Positions 39,885-49,990 of a stretch of 64,000 nucleotides of DNA are shown here, one piece after another. The notes beneath the pieces were generated by a model. It made no database searches and was not told the DNA's origin. It worked only from the letters and a program-made list of their open reading frames with translations. The DNA lies in IMG/VR virus record IMGVR_UViG_3300042922_001018; one strand, given 5' to 3'. The first letter of the stretch is position 1. Every line of letters begins with the position of its first letter. The position numbers were made by a program, and so were the translations under genes. This stretch comes from a virus (Duplodnaviria > Heunggongvirae > Uroviricota > Caudoviricetes).

Positions 39885-40958
39885 TTAAGCCGACTCAGGA
39901 GAGACCAGCGGGGACTTCACGTTTCGCCAGCGCCGAGAACCGAGCAGCTCACGCACTGTACGCGCAACCTTCTCACCCGTTTTCTGGACGACCGTCGGGT
40001 CATCCTTCTGGACGTTGGCCCACCCCGCGACGTAACGGCCGCTGCGGTCACCACCGGCAGCCTGCATACCGTTCGAGCGCATGAGGACATAAGCGATGGA
40101 CTCGGCCTCAACCTCCATCGCGCCACGCTGGCCTACGCCGCCGTGCTTGCTGCCCGTGTGGTACTCGTCCATGCGGTCTTCGTGTCCGGCAGCGATGTGG
40201 CCGAGTTCGTGAGCCAGGGTGCGCGCGCGTTCAGCCGGGGACAGTTCTTCGCTGATTTCGACGGTCTTGCCCCTGAAGCTGGTTGCCCCTTGCACAGAGC
40301 TGAGGCGATGCTGCGGGACGTAGGAAACCTTGAAGCCACGGCTTTCGATAGCGGCGGTCAGGTCTTCGGAGAATCCCTCTGGGGCATCTTCGGACAGCTC
40401 GGTGTACACGTCGAGGTTGAGCGGCTCGCCGGAAGTCTGCTTGATGTCGAAGGTCGGTACAGGCTTGAAACCGATGACTTGGTCGCGCGTCACAGGCTTG
40501 CCCTTCGCATCGCGCTTCACATTACCGGCGGCGTCCTTGTCTTCCACCTTCTTGATGAGGGGCGCCTGGATGCGGTAGCCAGTCGAACCTTTGCGAGGGA
40601 ATCGGCCCAGCTCCTTCCACTTCGACGCCGCCATGCAGAACTCAGCGGTGCCCTTGGACTGGATGCCGATGAGAAGCTGGTTCGTGAACGAGTAGTTGGG
40701 CTGTCGGGAGACCGCTTCCAGGTACCGGTTCCACTCCTCGTCGTTTTCGAGACGCTTCACTGCGCTCTCGATTTCGGAGACGTAGACCTCGGTGCGGTCC
40801 TTGAAGGTCTCGTACTTGACGACGAACTTGTTGTCCGGGCCGAGCTGAATCTCCTCCAGCGGAACGCCAGTGTCCAGCGTTACTTCGGGGGCGGCGCCGA
40901 GCTTCTCAGCGAACTTGCCATCGGTGGCACGTGGGTGCTCAATCTCTTCGAAACTCAT
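39885..40958 (-). CDS. Tagged ArdC-like ssDNA-binding protein with a zincin metalloprotease domain
   Basis: Tag, then YSFTNQLLI..Q and WKELGR..RKG (ArdC-N), then LAHELGH...EVEAESIAY. Confidence 0.88.
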   Translation of the reverse strand: MSFEEIEHPRATDGKFAEKLGAAPEVTLDTGVPLEEIQLGPDNKFVVKYETFKDRTEVYVSEIESAVKRLENDEEWNRYLEAVSRQPNYSFTNQLLIGIQSKGTAEFCMAASKWKELGRFPRKGSTGYRIQAPLIKKVEDKDAAGNVKRDAKGKPVTRDQVIGFKPVPTFDIKQTSGEPLNLDVYTELSEDAPEGFSEDLTAAIESRGFKVSYVPQHRLSSVQGATSFRGKTVEISEELSPAERARTLAHELGHIAAGHEDRMDEYHTGSKHGGVGQRGAMEVEAESIAYVLMRSNGMQAAGGDRSGRYVAGWANVQKDDPTVVQKTGEKVARTVRELLGSRRWRNVKSPLVSPESA

Positions 40959-40965
40959 GCCCGGC

Positions 40966-40974
40966 TGTAGGCGG
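40966..40974 (-). promoter_or_regulatory. CCGCCTACA-N7-ATG motif
   Basis: 7 nt upstream of ATG 40958. Confidence 0.8.
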
Positions 40975-41006
40975 TAGCACCTAACCGGGCATGAGTTCGA
41001 TGAAGC

Positions 41007-42074
41007 TTACGCGCCGTAGACGGGTGCGGCCGGAACCTCTTCGAGAGAAAGCTCTGCGAACGCACCATCCCATGCTTCACGGAACGGCGCGTACTCCGAG
41101 GCGACAGCGTTCAGCACGACGCTCAGGTCATCGGCGATGGTCTCGACAGCTACCCACGCATCTTCCGGAGCCAGCTCAGCGTCCCCTTCGACAATCTCGT
41201 CGATGCTGTCCCGTGCATCCTGCACGATATCGACGACCTGCTCCGCCGGAGCGGGAAGCTCGGCCGCGCCCAGCAGAAGCAGCGACAGCGTAGCGATTTC
41301 GTCTACCTGCTCGATACGGGATGCGAGGTTAGCCTCGTTGTATACCGTGACCTGCATCCGTTCCATCAGACACTCGGCGAAGGAGCAGAACTGCGCTGTC
41401 GTGGCGAGGGGTGTTGCATCCAGCGCGAACTGGAGGGCTTCCGAGTGGAGGTCGATGGCGTTGCCCGCCTCATCAGTGAGTGCGAAGAGAGGGGACAGGT
41501 CGATGTTGTCGAGCACCGGGTCCGACTCCCCTTCCAGCCACGCTCCGAGACGAAGCACCGTGTCAGGCGCTTCGATGTCGATGCCGTGAGCTGCCAGCAC
41601 ATCCATCCAGGAGCCGGTCTCCGGGTCGTACAGACCAGCGGCCCCCAGCTCGGATGCGACGCGCAGTGCCCATTCGTCATCAGTCTCGATGCGCTCTTCG
41701 CCGGGGATACCGTTGTCGATGAGGAAACGAGTGAGAACCATCTCTGGCAACCAGAAGATAGGAAGCCACAGGAGTTCGGAGTTCATCTCGGAGGGCCAGC
41801 GCTGCAACAGGCCCAGGTCGTCTCGTACCGCAAGCGGGAGGGGAACTGCGCACAGAGGCGATGAGACGATGCGGTCACCCGCGAGACCGGTGACTTCCTG
41901 GAACCAGCGCTCGCGTTCGAAGAACGTCACGGGGTCAGCACCCCGGAAGAGAACCAGCGGCTCGCCGGGGTTACCGAATGAGTCGTCGAAGTCCGAGTAC
42001 ACCTCGTCAGAAGCGTTCGGGAACGAGATGGAGACTGTGCGGTAGAGGAAGCCTTCGTGTTGCATACCTTTCAC
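41007..42074 (-). CDS. Acidic hypothetical protein adjacent to the origin
   Basis: 355-aa ORF. Confidence 0.75.
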   Translation of the reverse strand: MKGMQHEGFLYRTVSISFPNASDEVYSDFDDSFGNPGEPLVLFRGADPVTFFERERWFQEVTGLAGDRIVSSPLCAVPLPLAVRDDLGLLQRWPSEMNSELLWLPIFWLPEMVLTRFLIDNGIPGEERIETDDEWALRVASELGAAGLYDPETGSWMDVLAAHGIDIEAPDTVLRLGAWLEGESDPVLDNIDLSPLFALTDEAGNAIDLHSEALQFALDATPLATTAQFCSFAECLMERMQVTVYNEANLASRIEQVDEIATLSLLLLGAAELPAPAEQVVDIVQDARDSIDEIVEGDAELAPEDAWVAVETIADDLSVVLNAVASEYAPFREAWDGAFAELSLEEVPAAPVYGA

Positions 42075-42079
42075 CTTGC

Positions 42080-42735
42080 GGCACTTTTTGCTGCTACCCG
42101 ACGGCCGTCAACAACTCGCGATGAAGTGGGTGTTCTTAGTGACTCTCCTACAATCAGGAATCGCTGCGTCAGCGCGGCTGTGTCCGCGGGGAACACCCCC
42201 TACTAGGACTCCCCTTCTCTATTGCAATGAATAAAGCCCTTGTGCATTAACGAGGGATGCATACCGGGACGCAGTGACACACGGTCCCCTACTACTACTT
42301 AATTCTGTGGATAACTGAATTGGATAGTAGTAGTACAGGGGGTGCAGTTACCAGTCAGAATAGGGGTTCTCCCCGTTCCACAGCCTGTGGAGAAAGTTAT
42401 CCACAGGCTGTGGATAACTCGTGTCCCGGTTGAGTTAAGGTGGGACGCACCCTAACTAAAACCCCAGGTCAGAGGGCGAAAAAACGGGACGCAAGGTCCG
42501 AAAACACGTTTTACCGTCTGACCTGGGGTTTTCTTGAAACGGCCCTTTCCCTCCGATGCCCCGTGCGTCCCGAGGCCTGTTTCACCAGGGTTATCCACAG
42601 GCTGTGGATAACTTTTGGGCTGTGCACAACGAGGGAAGACACCTGTTCTGCGATGCTCCTTGCACGCAAAACGCCTTCGGGACGCACATTTTGCTTCATG
42701 TGCGTCCCGAAGGCGTGATTGTGGGGTTCCTACAA
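42080..42735. other. Putative replication origin (DnaA boxes, iteron-like GGGACGCA, AT-rich stretch)
   Basis: Perfect TTATCCACA boxes at 42306, 42397, 42409, 42591 and 42603, plus a 1-mismatch box at 42386; six GGGACGCA copies; longest non-coding gap outside the tRNA array. Confidence 0.8.
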
Positions 42736-44265
42736 ACTGAGGCGGTTCCGGAGCCAGGCAACGGCTCCTGCCTCATCCGTGAACTCGCCATCGTCTTGCG
42801 CTTCACGGGCAGCATCCATGATGGGACGGAAATCAGGTCCGGGCTTCATCCCTTCCGCCATCAGATGCTCCCCTCGAAGAAGACCCGGCGCCGGACGCTC
42901 AGCAGAAATCTCGCGAGACCGAGCAACCCAGTCCCATGCCGGAGTCTGAGGGACCGCGTCCTGGTCGAAACGCTTCTGAGCGCTCTCCAGGGCGCCGCTG
43001 CGGCCCCGAACGTCGGCTTCGGCGACGAGCGCCCACTCTTCCAGTGTCGCTGGCTCCAGGCGCCTTACAAGGCGTCGCAGTGCCGCATCCCCTGTCTTCC
43101 CGGCCTTCTGCCACGAGTGCAAGAACATGTGTTCTCCGACCAGCGGTGCCACACGAGCCTGTACCACTTGCGGGAACCCGGAACGCTTCAGGAGTTCGAC
43201 GGCCATCGGGGTGCCGTCCTCCGCATGCCCGGCCGAAGTGATACGACCATCGTCGTGTGTGATGGTAGTAGTCGCCTTGCCGACATCATGCAACATCGCG
43301 GCCATCACGACAACCGTTCGGTCGTACCCTTCCAGCCCTCGCTCCGTGGCCAGCCGTGCCGCCACATCAGCGGCCTGCGACTGGTGCTCGTACACATCAG
43401 CCTCAGGGTGCCAGCGTACGTCCTGTGGCAGACCGATGGTTGCGTTCAGCTCGGGGAAGTGCTCCACCCAGCCGGTCTCCTTCAACACACGAAGACCGGC
43501 GGACGGCTCGTCCGAGCTGATGAGCTTCACGAACTCACCGTAGACACGCGACGCGGGCAGCTCGTCGAAACGGTCCTTGATGCCCCGACACAGAGCGACA
43601 GTATCCGGGTGCATCGTCATACCGAACCGTGCTGCGAACTGCATACCTCGCAGCACCCGCAGCGGGTCATCGTCGAACGCGTCTGAGGTGTGGCGCAGGA
43701 TGCCGTCTTCCAGGTCGCGCTCACCGTTGAACGGGTCGATGACCTCTCCGGTATCCGGCTCCCACCCGATAGCGTTGATGGTGAAGTCGCGACGTGCGAA
43801 TGCGTCATGCGCGTTCATCGTCGGGTCCACAACTACCTCGAAGCCTCGGTGCCCGGCGCCGGTCTTGGACTCCCGTCGCGGGACCGAGACATCGTAGTCC
43901 TCATCGCCGACAGTGACCTTCAGCACGCCGAATGAGGCACCCACTTCAGAGACGTTGCCGACCTTCGCCAGATGCGGGATGAGGTCACGGAGTCCCTTCA
44001 CTTCGTGGACCTCAATGTCGATGTCGTGCCCTGCTCCTCCAGCGTCACCCCGAAGAGCGTCACGGACGGCACCTCCGACAATGAGCGGCTTCCCTCCGGC
44101 AGCTCGGCACGCCTGAAGGATGTCTTGTGCCACAGGGGTCAGTGGGACAAGGTTCTGCTCGTATCGAGTGTTCATGAGGCTCACTTCTGGGCCGGTTCCG
44201 CTCTTATGAGAGAATCGGCCGTTCTCTTCGCGCGGCTGGATGGTGTTCATGTGCTCGTTGTCCAC
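42730..44265 (-). CDS. cca: Tagged CCA tRNA nucleotidyltransferase with HD domain
   Basis: [43 protein letters not shown]; N-terminal [21 protein letters not shown]; GTG 44265 is 7 nt after the motif variant. Confidence 0.92.
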   Translation of the reverse strand: MDNEHMNTIQPREENGRFSHKSGTGPEVSLMNTRYEQNLVPLTPVAQDILQACRAAGGKPLIVGGAVRDALRGDAGGAGHDIDIEVHEVKGLRDLIPHLAKVGNVSEVGASFGVLKVTVGDEDYDVSVPRRESKTGAGHRGFEVVVDPTMNAHDAFARRDFTINAIGWEPDTGEVIDPFNGERDLEDGILRHTSDAFDDDPLRVLRGMQFAARFGMTMHPDTVALCRGIKDRFDELPASRVYGEFVKLISSDEPSAGLRVLKETGWVEHFPELNATIGLPQDVRWHPEADVYEHQSQAADVAARLATERGLEGYDRTVVVMAAMLHDVGKATTTITHDDGRITSAGHAEDGTPMAVELLKRSGFPQVVQARVAPLVGEHMFLHSWQKAGKTGDAALRRLVRRLEPATLEEWALVAEADVRGRSGALESAQKRFDQDAVPQTPAWDWVARSREISAERPAPGLLRGEHLMAEGMKPGPDFRPIMDAAREAQDDGEFTDEAGAVAWLRNRLSL

Positions 44266-44272
44266 AGTACAG

Positions 44273-44281
44273 TGTAGGATG
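44273..44281 (-). promoter_or_regulatory. Degenerate motif CATCCTACA-N7-GTG
   Basis: CCTACA core at the same spacing. Confidence 0.55.
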
Positions 44282-44286
44282 TTGGT

Positions 44287-44778
44287 GTGCAACCCTTCAT
44301 CCCGCCTGCTGTCACCCAGTTCGAACCCTTCACCGCTCTCGCGTGGGGTCTGATGCTGGCGGCGGTCCCGCTGTTCTTCCTGGTCGTGACCGCGCTGATG
44401 CGACGGAAGCTCGCTTTCGTCACCGCTCTCGGGTTCGTGGCAGTCACGTTCGCGGCAGGAGCTTTCCTGGTGTCGCCTCTCGACGCTGAGCGTCAGACCA
44501 CTGCGACGCGCAACAGCGTCGTCAGCGAGTGGCTGGACGAGAACTACCCTCAGTACGGTGGCGCCGAAGCTCTGCTTTCGCACTTCAACGACGGGTCAAC
44601 CTTCAAGGCGACTGCCGATGACGGCAAGCAGCGCACGATGCACTTCTCGTTCTCCCCTGAGTCCGGGTATCGTCTCATCGCGCTCACCGACAGCAAGCCC
44701 GCTGATGTGGTCGTGAAGGACGACCGTCTCGATGTTGCGGGTCAGCTCGCTGAGAAGGAAGCCGCAGCTCAGGGCTGA
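44287..44778 (+). CDS. Two-TM membrane protein
   Basis: Two hydrophobic helices; TAGGAT -10 element upstream. Confidence 0.75.
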   Translation: MQPFIPPAVTQFEPFTALAWGLMLAAVPLFFLVVTALMRRKLAFVTALGFVAVTFAAGAFLVSPLDAERQTTATRNSVVSEWLDENYPQYGGAEALLSHFNDGSTFKATADDGKQRTMHFSFSPESGYRLIALTDSKPADVVVKDDRLDVAGQLAEKEAAAQG

Positions 44779-45620
44779 CGGGCCATCCGAGCAACGGATT
44801 CCACCGACATGCGGTAGAGCTTCCCGTTGCTCGCGCGCATGATGATTTTCGTGGTGCCTGGCTCATGGATGCTCAGTCGTCCGTACTGGCGGTGGACGAA
44901 GATGTCGCCGTACACGACGTACAAGCCATGCCGCGGGTAGTTCTTCCGCGCTACCTTAGTCGGGTCCGCCTCACGTGGGCGTTCTGCCTTGATGAGGTCT
45001 GCGATGGCATTCAGGTCGCCGAGCGATTCTTCGCCGTCCTGGTCGGTGAGGATTGCGGTGCTACGTCGGATGTTGCCCACTGTGTACCGCTTCATCCCGT
45101 TGGCGAACTTGTCGCCTGAGTAAACGGGGGTGCCGTCCGTGGCGTATCCGACTTGACGCTTCATCCCGTTCTCGCGCTGGACTTGGCGAATAGCGGCTGT
45201 GGCTTCGACAGTGGTCTTGCCCTCGTATCCGAGACGCTTGGCCATCGCTTTCCAGCGTGGACCATGCTGCGCGCCGGGGGTGAGAGCGTGCGCAATCTCG
45301 TGGAGCATAGTCTGCCGGAACTCTTCACGGCTGCGGTGTTCGAGAACGGGTCCAGAGTAGGAGATGACCTTCTTCGCGTAGTGGCACTGGCCCTCGCGAG
45401 TCGTGGCACGGTCGAAGGCGAAGGTCCAGCCCTCCGCGGTAAGCCCGTAATGGTCGAGCATGTCCTCAGCAAGGGCAGCCGCTCGCGCGCGCGAGATAGG
45501 CGCGTCTGTCTTCAAACTTGCGTCGCCTTCGTAGCGCAGCGAGACTTCGGGTGTGCCGCCGGTCTTCTCGGAGAAGCGACCATCGTCATCCCGGCGCACA
45601 TCTGTTTCGGAGAAGGTCAT
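44769..45620 (-). CDS. Tagged SprT-like zinc metalloprotease
   Basis: Tag, then W.F.FD.A..R.G.C, LHEIAHAL...HGPRWK. Confidence 0.9.
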   Translation of the reverse strand: MTFSETDVRRDDDGRFSEKTGGTPEVSLRYEGDASLKTDAPISRARAAALAEDMLDHYGLTAEGWTFAFDRATTREGQCHYAKKVISYSGPVLEHRSREEFRQTMLHEIAHALTPGAQHGPRWKAMAKRLGYEGKTTVEATAAIRQVQRENGMKRQVGYATDGTPVYSGDKFANGMKRYTVGNIRRSTAILTDQDGEESLGDLNAIADLIKAERPREADPTKVARKNYPRHGLYVVYGDIFVHRQYGRLSIHEPGTTKIIMRASNGKLYRMSVESVARMARQP

Positions 45621-45627
45621 GCCTTCT

Positions 45628-45636
45628 TGTAGGCAG
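45628..45636 (-). promoter_or_regulatory. CTGCCTACA-N7-ATG motif
   Basis: 7 nt upstream of ATG 45620. Confidence 0.75.
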
Positions 45637-45758
45637 ATGGTTTCGAGCGCACGCCTACTACGGCTTCGGCCCCGCGATACGAGATGGTGGCTCGGGACCG
45701 AAGCCGCGACCGCGCTGCTCTACGTTCCGAGAGCTTGGCTCGGATACGTTCCGCGAGG

Positions 45759-46022
45759 TCAGGCGGAGACGCGGATGAAGACCTTGTACGCGTCACCGAA
45801 TGTACGGTTTCCGGTCACAGCGACACCCGAACGGAAACGCTCGCTGGCGAAGAGGCTGTTGATGAACTTGGCCGCTTCGTCCTCTTCGCGCTGCTCCGCG
45901 ACCGAGATGGTCACGTCGATGTTGTCGCCGGGGTGAGCCAGGCGGCGGATGAGCTTGTAGGCATCGTCCGCGGTGGAGATGCTCTCGGGCCGACGGTCTG
46001 CGGTGGTGACGTTGATGGTCAT
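45759..46022 (-). CDS. Hypothetical protein
   Basis: TATGCT-N6-ATG leaderless start; GC3-rich codons. Confidence 0.7.
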   Translation of the reverse strand: MTINVTTADRRPESISTADDAYKLIRRLAHPGDNIDVTISVAEQREEDEAAKFINSLFASERFRSGVAVTGNRTFGDAYKVFIRVSA

Positions 46023-46061
46023 GGGACCAGCATAGCATAGGGCGCCGACACCTCGAATACG

Positions 46062-46102
46062 ACGATGCGCCCCACGACGTAACATGTCGTGGGGCGCATC
46101 GT
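46062..46102. terminator. Hairpin terminator
   Basis: 17-bp inverted repeat ACGATGCGCCCCACGAC/GTCGTGGGGCGCATCGT after the 46137 stop. Confidence 0.75.
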
Positions 46103-46136
46103 TTCGCTTACAGACCGTGTGGCCTGCGTGCGTGGG

Positions 46137-46739
46137 TCAGGCCTGAGCGCCCTGCGTGGCAGCCGCGCGGGCCTCCTTCAGCTTGGCGAAGGAGCCGTTG
46201 TAGCGGAGCTTCTTCGTGTCGAGCTTCGACACGTCGGGCTGGTACTCCTCGGCGTTCTCGTTGTAGTTCTCGTCGAGGCCGCGGTCGGAGATGCGGGTCA
46301 CGACGCGGTTCTTGCCCGAGTCCGAAACCTGGACCTCGACGGTCAGGGCGACCTTGTGGCCGATGAGGCGTCCGGCCTCCTTCAGGAGGGGACGGCCCAG
46401 CTCCTTGCCGTCGATGCGCTCGGTGCGGACGTGCTCCTTGCCGAGCGGGTTCCAGCGCTCGTGCGCCTTGTCCGACTTCAGGAAGAAGACACCGCGCTGC
46501 GACGACTCCTCGACATCGACGAGGAGGAGCGTGCCGAGCACGGTCTTCGTGGCTTCGACGTTCTCGGAGCGCTTCTCGAACGAGTCGAACGCGTAGATGA
46601 TGGGCGAACCCTCGCCAGTGGCGTTGAGGATGCGCGTCACCTCGTCGGCGATGGCCTGGTCGGTCGCGCCCGGCCCAGCAATCTGGAACGCGAGTGCGAT
46701 GGTCTGTGCCTTGTTCAGGATGGGGGTGTTCTCAGTCAT
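46137..46739 (-). CDS. Hypothetical protein (possible OB-fold DNA-binding partner of the nuclease)
   Basis: 200-aa ORF with strong codon bias; the function is a guess. Confidence 0.7.
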   Translation of the reverse strand: MTENTPILNKAQTIALAFQIAGPGATDQAIADEVTRILNATGEGSPIIYAFDSFEKRSENVEATKTVLGTLLLVDVEESSQRGVFFLKSDKAHERWNPLGKEHVRTERIDGKELGRPLLKEAGRLIGHKVALTVEVQVSDSGKNRVVTRISDRGLDENYNENAEEYQPDVSKLDTKKLRYNGSFAKLKEARAAATQGAQA

Positions 46740-46826
46740 TGCTCACTTCTTTCTGCCTTGCGGCTGTCATTGTTTTCGCCTCTAGGAGGCTGAGTCGCCC
46801 ACCCTGGGTGGGACGTAGTTGGCCTC

Positions 46827-48929
46827 TTATGAGGTCTTCGCGGTGAGAGGAGCGTACGGCTCCTGGACATTGGCGAAGTCCGTGTTGTAGAGGGAGTAGG
46901 AGGTCTCTGCGAGGAACTGAAGCTGACCAGCGACGCGGTCAGCCCATGCGGACCATGCAGCGGTGGGCTGATTCAGCGTAGGCGAAGAGTTCTGGATGAT
47001 GCTGAACAGGAACCCGCGCAGGCGGGTGTTCAGACCGTGGTGCCACGAGAACGCGTCTACCAGTTCTGCCTCTGCGCGCCAGATGACGTGGCCGAGGGTC
47101 GCGGACAGCGCGATGAGGTTGCTGGCGGTGTAGTCCAGTTCGTTGCTCTCGTGGAGCAGACGATACGCCTCCGAGACGATGCCGGACGCTCCGGCGAAAC
47201 CGTGCGAGTTGATGTTGGGACGGCTGCCGTCGGGGTACAGCGCGCTCTCGTCGTAGACCTTGCCTTCGACGTACGCGACGCCGTCCGGAAGGAACCGGCG
47301 CGGAAGGTCCACGTGAGGGGCCATGTCGCCGTCGGAAGCGAGGTATGCGTACGCCCGCGTGTCGTTGTTGAAGTCCGTCTCAACGAGCTGGTAGGTCACG
47401 ACGAGGAGGTCGGTCATGTGGTCTGCGGCGAGCGCAATCCACGTCTTCCAGTCCTCGTCCGTACCGTTCACCGGCAGCGGGTGCTGTGCGATGAACGTAC
47501 GGAGGTCACCGCGCAGGCGAGTGTGGAGACCGTGGTTCCAGTTGAAGGCGCTGTTCGCGACGCGGCGTTCGACGAGCCAGATGAGCTTGCCGAGCGTGAC
47601 GGAGAGCGAGATGATGCGCTGGCTGCTCACAGCGTTCTGCTCCGAGAGCAGCTCGAACGCGAGGGAGGTGAGACCGGTTGCGCCTCCGAACCCGTAAGAG
47701 TTCAGGTTGGGGCGGGCACCGTCGGGGTAGTTGACGAACTCCTTGTAGGAGGAGTCTTCGGCGTAACGCGCGCCGGAGGGCAGGAGTGGCATCTTTCCTT
47801 CTTTCTGCACCGCGGTACGCGGCGCGCTCACACTAGTTCCGTTACTGACGGGCACACTTTCCGTCTTCTTCGATTCTACCACATTCGCAGGCGTTCCAGA
47901 AGGGCGAACGGTCGGAATCCCGAGCATCACAGCGGTCGGCTGAGTGGCCGCAGCGTCACGCGCTTTGTCGGTCTTGACGGTCGCGACGGGGCACGAGTTG
48001 GCGAGCGGGCACCAGCCGCAGAGGGCACCAGGGGTGGCCTTGAACTCGCCCGCTTCGCCCGCCGCCTGCATGGTGTCCCAGGAGCGCGCGAAGCCGTCCA
48101 TGGTGACATCCAGAGCGCGGCGGTTGATGTCGATGGTGCGCTCCTTGCCCGCTGCGATGTAGAGGAGCTTGGCGTCGTCCACCGAGTAGTGCCCGGCTTC
48201 GTCGAGACGCATGAGCTGAGTCTCGTTGAAGTGCTCCTCGCGCAGTTCGGGGTCTTGCAGCACGGTCTCAGCAGTCACCGTGTAGATGCGGAGCTGGTCG
48301 CCGTAGTCGTCGGAGAAGCGGGGGTTCGGCGCCTTGTACTTGCCGCTCTTGTAGTCGCGGATGGCGAGCTTGCCCTCGGGCGTGAAGTCCGTGCGGTCGA
48401 TGAAGCCAATCATCGGAATGACGCGGCCGTCGGGCACCGGGAGGAGAACGCCCTTCAACGCCCACTCGGGCTGGAACACGTCCACCTTCGTCGGGTCTTC
48501 CAGGACAAGGTCACCGAGCGCCATCGCGCGAACACGCTGTTCCCACTCCTGCTTGACCTGACCGTTGACGCTGTTGGTCGAAACGGTGTGGCGGGAGAGC
48601 TTGTCCGGCGTCCATTCCTTGTCGGCAAGTTCGAGCGAGAGACGGATGATGTTCGCCTCGGTGCGCTCCGCTTCAGGAAGCGCGTACAGCTCTTCGAGCA
48701 CGGCGTGGGCGCCGGTACCGAGTTCGGCCGGGGAGAAAGGGTCGTCCATGCGCGGGAGCACGGAGTCAGCAGCGAAACGGGCGGTGCAGCCGCGAAGAGA
48801 GTTGGACGCCGATGCCGAGAGGTTCTTGCGAACAATCTTCTTGATTTTCGCTTCATCGGTGGTGGTGAGTCGGTCACCGTCCCACGCGAACTCAGGCATG
48901 AGCGGCGTGATGGTCTCTTCGTTTGGCAT
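46827..48929 (-). CDS. RecB-family PD-(D/E)xK exonuclease with Fe-S cysteines and a duplicated C-terminal domain
   Basis: LSAS....C, GTGAH, GFIDR, IRDYKSG, QLRIY, CGWCP....C. Confidence 0.9.
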   Translation of the reverse strand: MPNEETITPLMPEFAWDGDRLTTTDEAKIKKIVRKNLSASASNSLRGCTARFAADSVLPRMDDPFSPAELGTGAHAVLEELYALPEAERTEANIIRLSLELADKEWTPDKLSRHTVSTNSVNGQVKQEWEQRVRAMALGDLVLEDPTKVDVFQPEWALKGVLLPVPDGRVIPMIGFIDRTDFTPEGKLAIRDYKSGKYKAPNPRFSDDYGDQLRIYTVTAETVLQDPELREEHFNETQLMRLDEAGHYSVDDAKLLYIAAGKERTIDINRRALDVTMDGFARSWDTMQAAGEAGEFKATPGALCGWCPLANSCPVATVKTDKARDAAATQPTAVMLGIPTVRPSGTPANVVESKKTESVPVSNGTSVSAPRTAVQKEGKMPLLPSGARYAEDSSYKEFVNYPDGARPNLNSYGFGGATGLTSLAFELLSEQNAVSSQRIISLSVTLGKLIWLVERRVANSAFNWNHGLHTRLRGDLRTFIAQHPLPVNGTDEDWKTWIALAADHMTDLLVVTYQLVETDFNNDTRAYAYLASDGDMAPHVDLPRRFLPDGVAYVEGKVYDESALYPDGSRPNINSHGFAGASGIVSEAYRLLHESNELDYTASNLIALSATLGHVIWRAEAELVDAFSWHHGLNTRLRGFLFSIIQNSSPTLNQPTAAWSAWADRVAGQLQFLAETSYSLYNTDFANVQEPYAPLTAKTS

Positions 48930-48997
48930 CGTGTTCCCGTCTGAAAGTCTATCTAGCTACCGCGATAGTCTACCACGCGGTTCCGACAATGAACGGG

Positions 48998-49237
48998 TTA
49001 GCTCAACGTCGGAAGGACGGAGAGCGCCCGGCTGTGCGCCTTCAAGACGCGGCGCAGTACGACTGACAGGATGCACGTGACGATGATGCCCAGAATCGTC
49101 AGCGCTGTCACATCGGTTCGAGTGACGAGGCTGTAGCCGAGGCTGATGAGTGTGAAGATGGCGGCGATGACCTCAACGGAGAAGACCACAATCATCGCGA
49201 TGAAGAGCGCCCGCTCTTTGTACAGAGATGTGTTCAC
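48998..49237 (-). CDS. Small two-TM membrane protein
   Basis: TACGCT-aggagc-GTG start, hydrophobic. Confidence 0.6.
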   Translation of the reverse strand: MNTSLYKERALFIAMIVVFSVEVIAAIFTLISLGYSLVTRTDVTALTILGIIVTCILSVVLRRVLKAHSRALSVLPTLS

Positions 49238-49321
49238 GCTCCTAGCGTACACCGCGAAACTACTGGTGTCAACGGCGCCCTCCACCTTGCGCCTGGTACT
49301 CGCGCGTGGTACACTCAGGGC

Positions 49322-49990
49322 ATGGACACCACGCGACTCGCACTGAAGGACATGACTCCTGAGCTGCTCCTTCACGAAATCGTGCAGACGTTCCCGGACG
49401 TGTACGAGGCAGCAGTGTTCGCGGCCTACTACCACCGCCACGACACCCGCGGCCCCCGTGGAAAGCTCCCGGCTGACCCGTACATCGCTCACCCCTACCG
49501 CGTGACACTTCGTCTTCTTCGCGGCGGCATGCTCGACGAGTTCACCGCGAAGGCGGCTCTGCTGCATGATGTGTTCGAAGACCACGCCGAAGACATCCAC
49601 CGTGAAGAAGGAATGCCCGCAGACCTCTATCTCCCGGCAACCTTCGGCGATGACACCTGGAACGTCATCTTCGCGGTCTCCAACCCGCCGGGTAAGCTCA
49701 CCCCCGAGCAGTACGCAGAGCATGTCCTGGAAATCATCGAGGACGGTGACATCCGCGCCTTCGCCGTCAAGAACAGTGACCTGAGCGACAACGCCCTCTC
49801 GCTCCACCACACCCCCGGCCCGCGCCGCGGCCGTCTGGCTCGCAAGTACCTTCCAGTCGCGGAGCCAGCCATGGCCCGTCTGCGTACCGCCGATGCCCGA
49901 GCTTTCCTCAGCCCGCGCGGTGCCACCGAGTCGCTGGAGATGTGGGAGCGAGGGCTTCCGAAGCTTCGGGAGTTCGCGCAGGAGCAGTGA
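49322..49990 (+). CDS. HD-domain (p)ppGpp hydrolase-like protein (SpoT-HD/Mesh1/SAH)
   Basis: AAYYH, PYIAHP, ALLHDVFED, VK.SD..DN. Confidence 0.85.
   Translation: MDTTRLALKDMTPELLLHEIVQTFPDVYEAAVFAAYYHRHDTRGPRGKLPADPYIAHPYRVTLRLLRGGMLDEFTAKAALLHDVFEDHAEDIHREEGMPADLYLPATFGDDTWNVIFAVSNPPGKLTPEQYAEHVLEIIEDGDIRAFAVKNSDLSDNALSLHHTPGPRRGRLARKYLPVAEPAMARLRTADARAFLSPRGATESLEMWERGLPKLREFAQEQ

Noticed and set aside
42080-42735. Host chromosomal oriC
   Set aside because: It is not flanked by dnaA/dnaN/rpmH, and the surrounding genes are mobile-element-like.
46827-48929. Cas4 / CRISPR system
   Set aside because: The Fe-S PD-(D/E)xK nuclease has no cas1/cas2 neighbours, and I saw no regularly spaced repeat-spacer array in the window.
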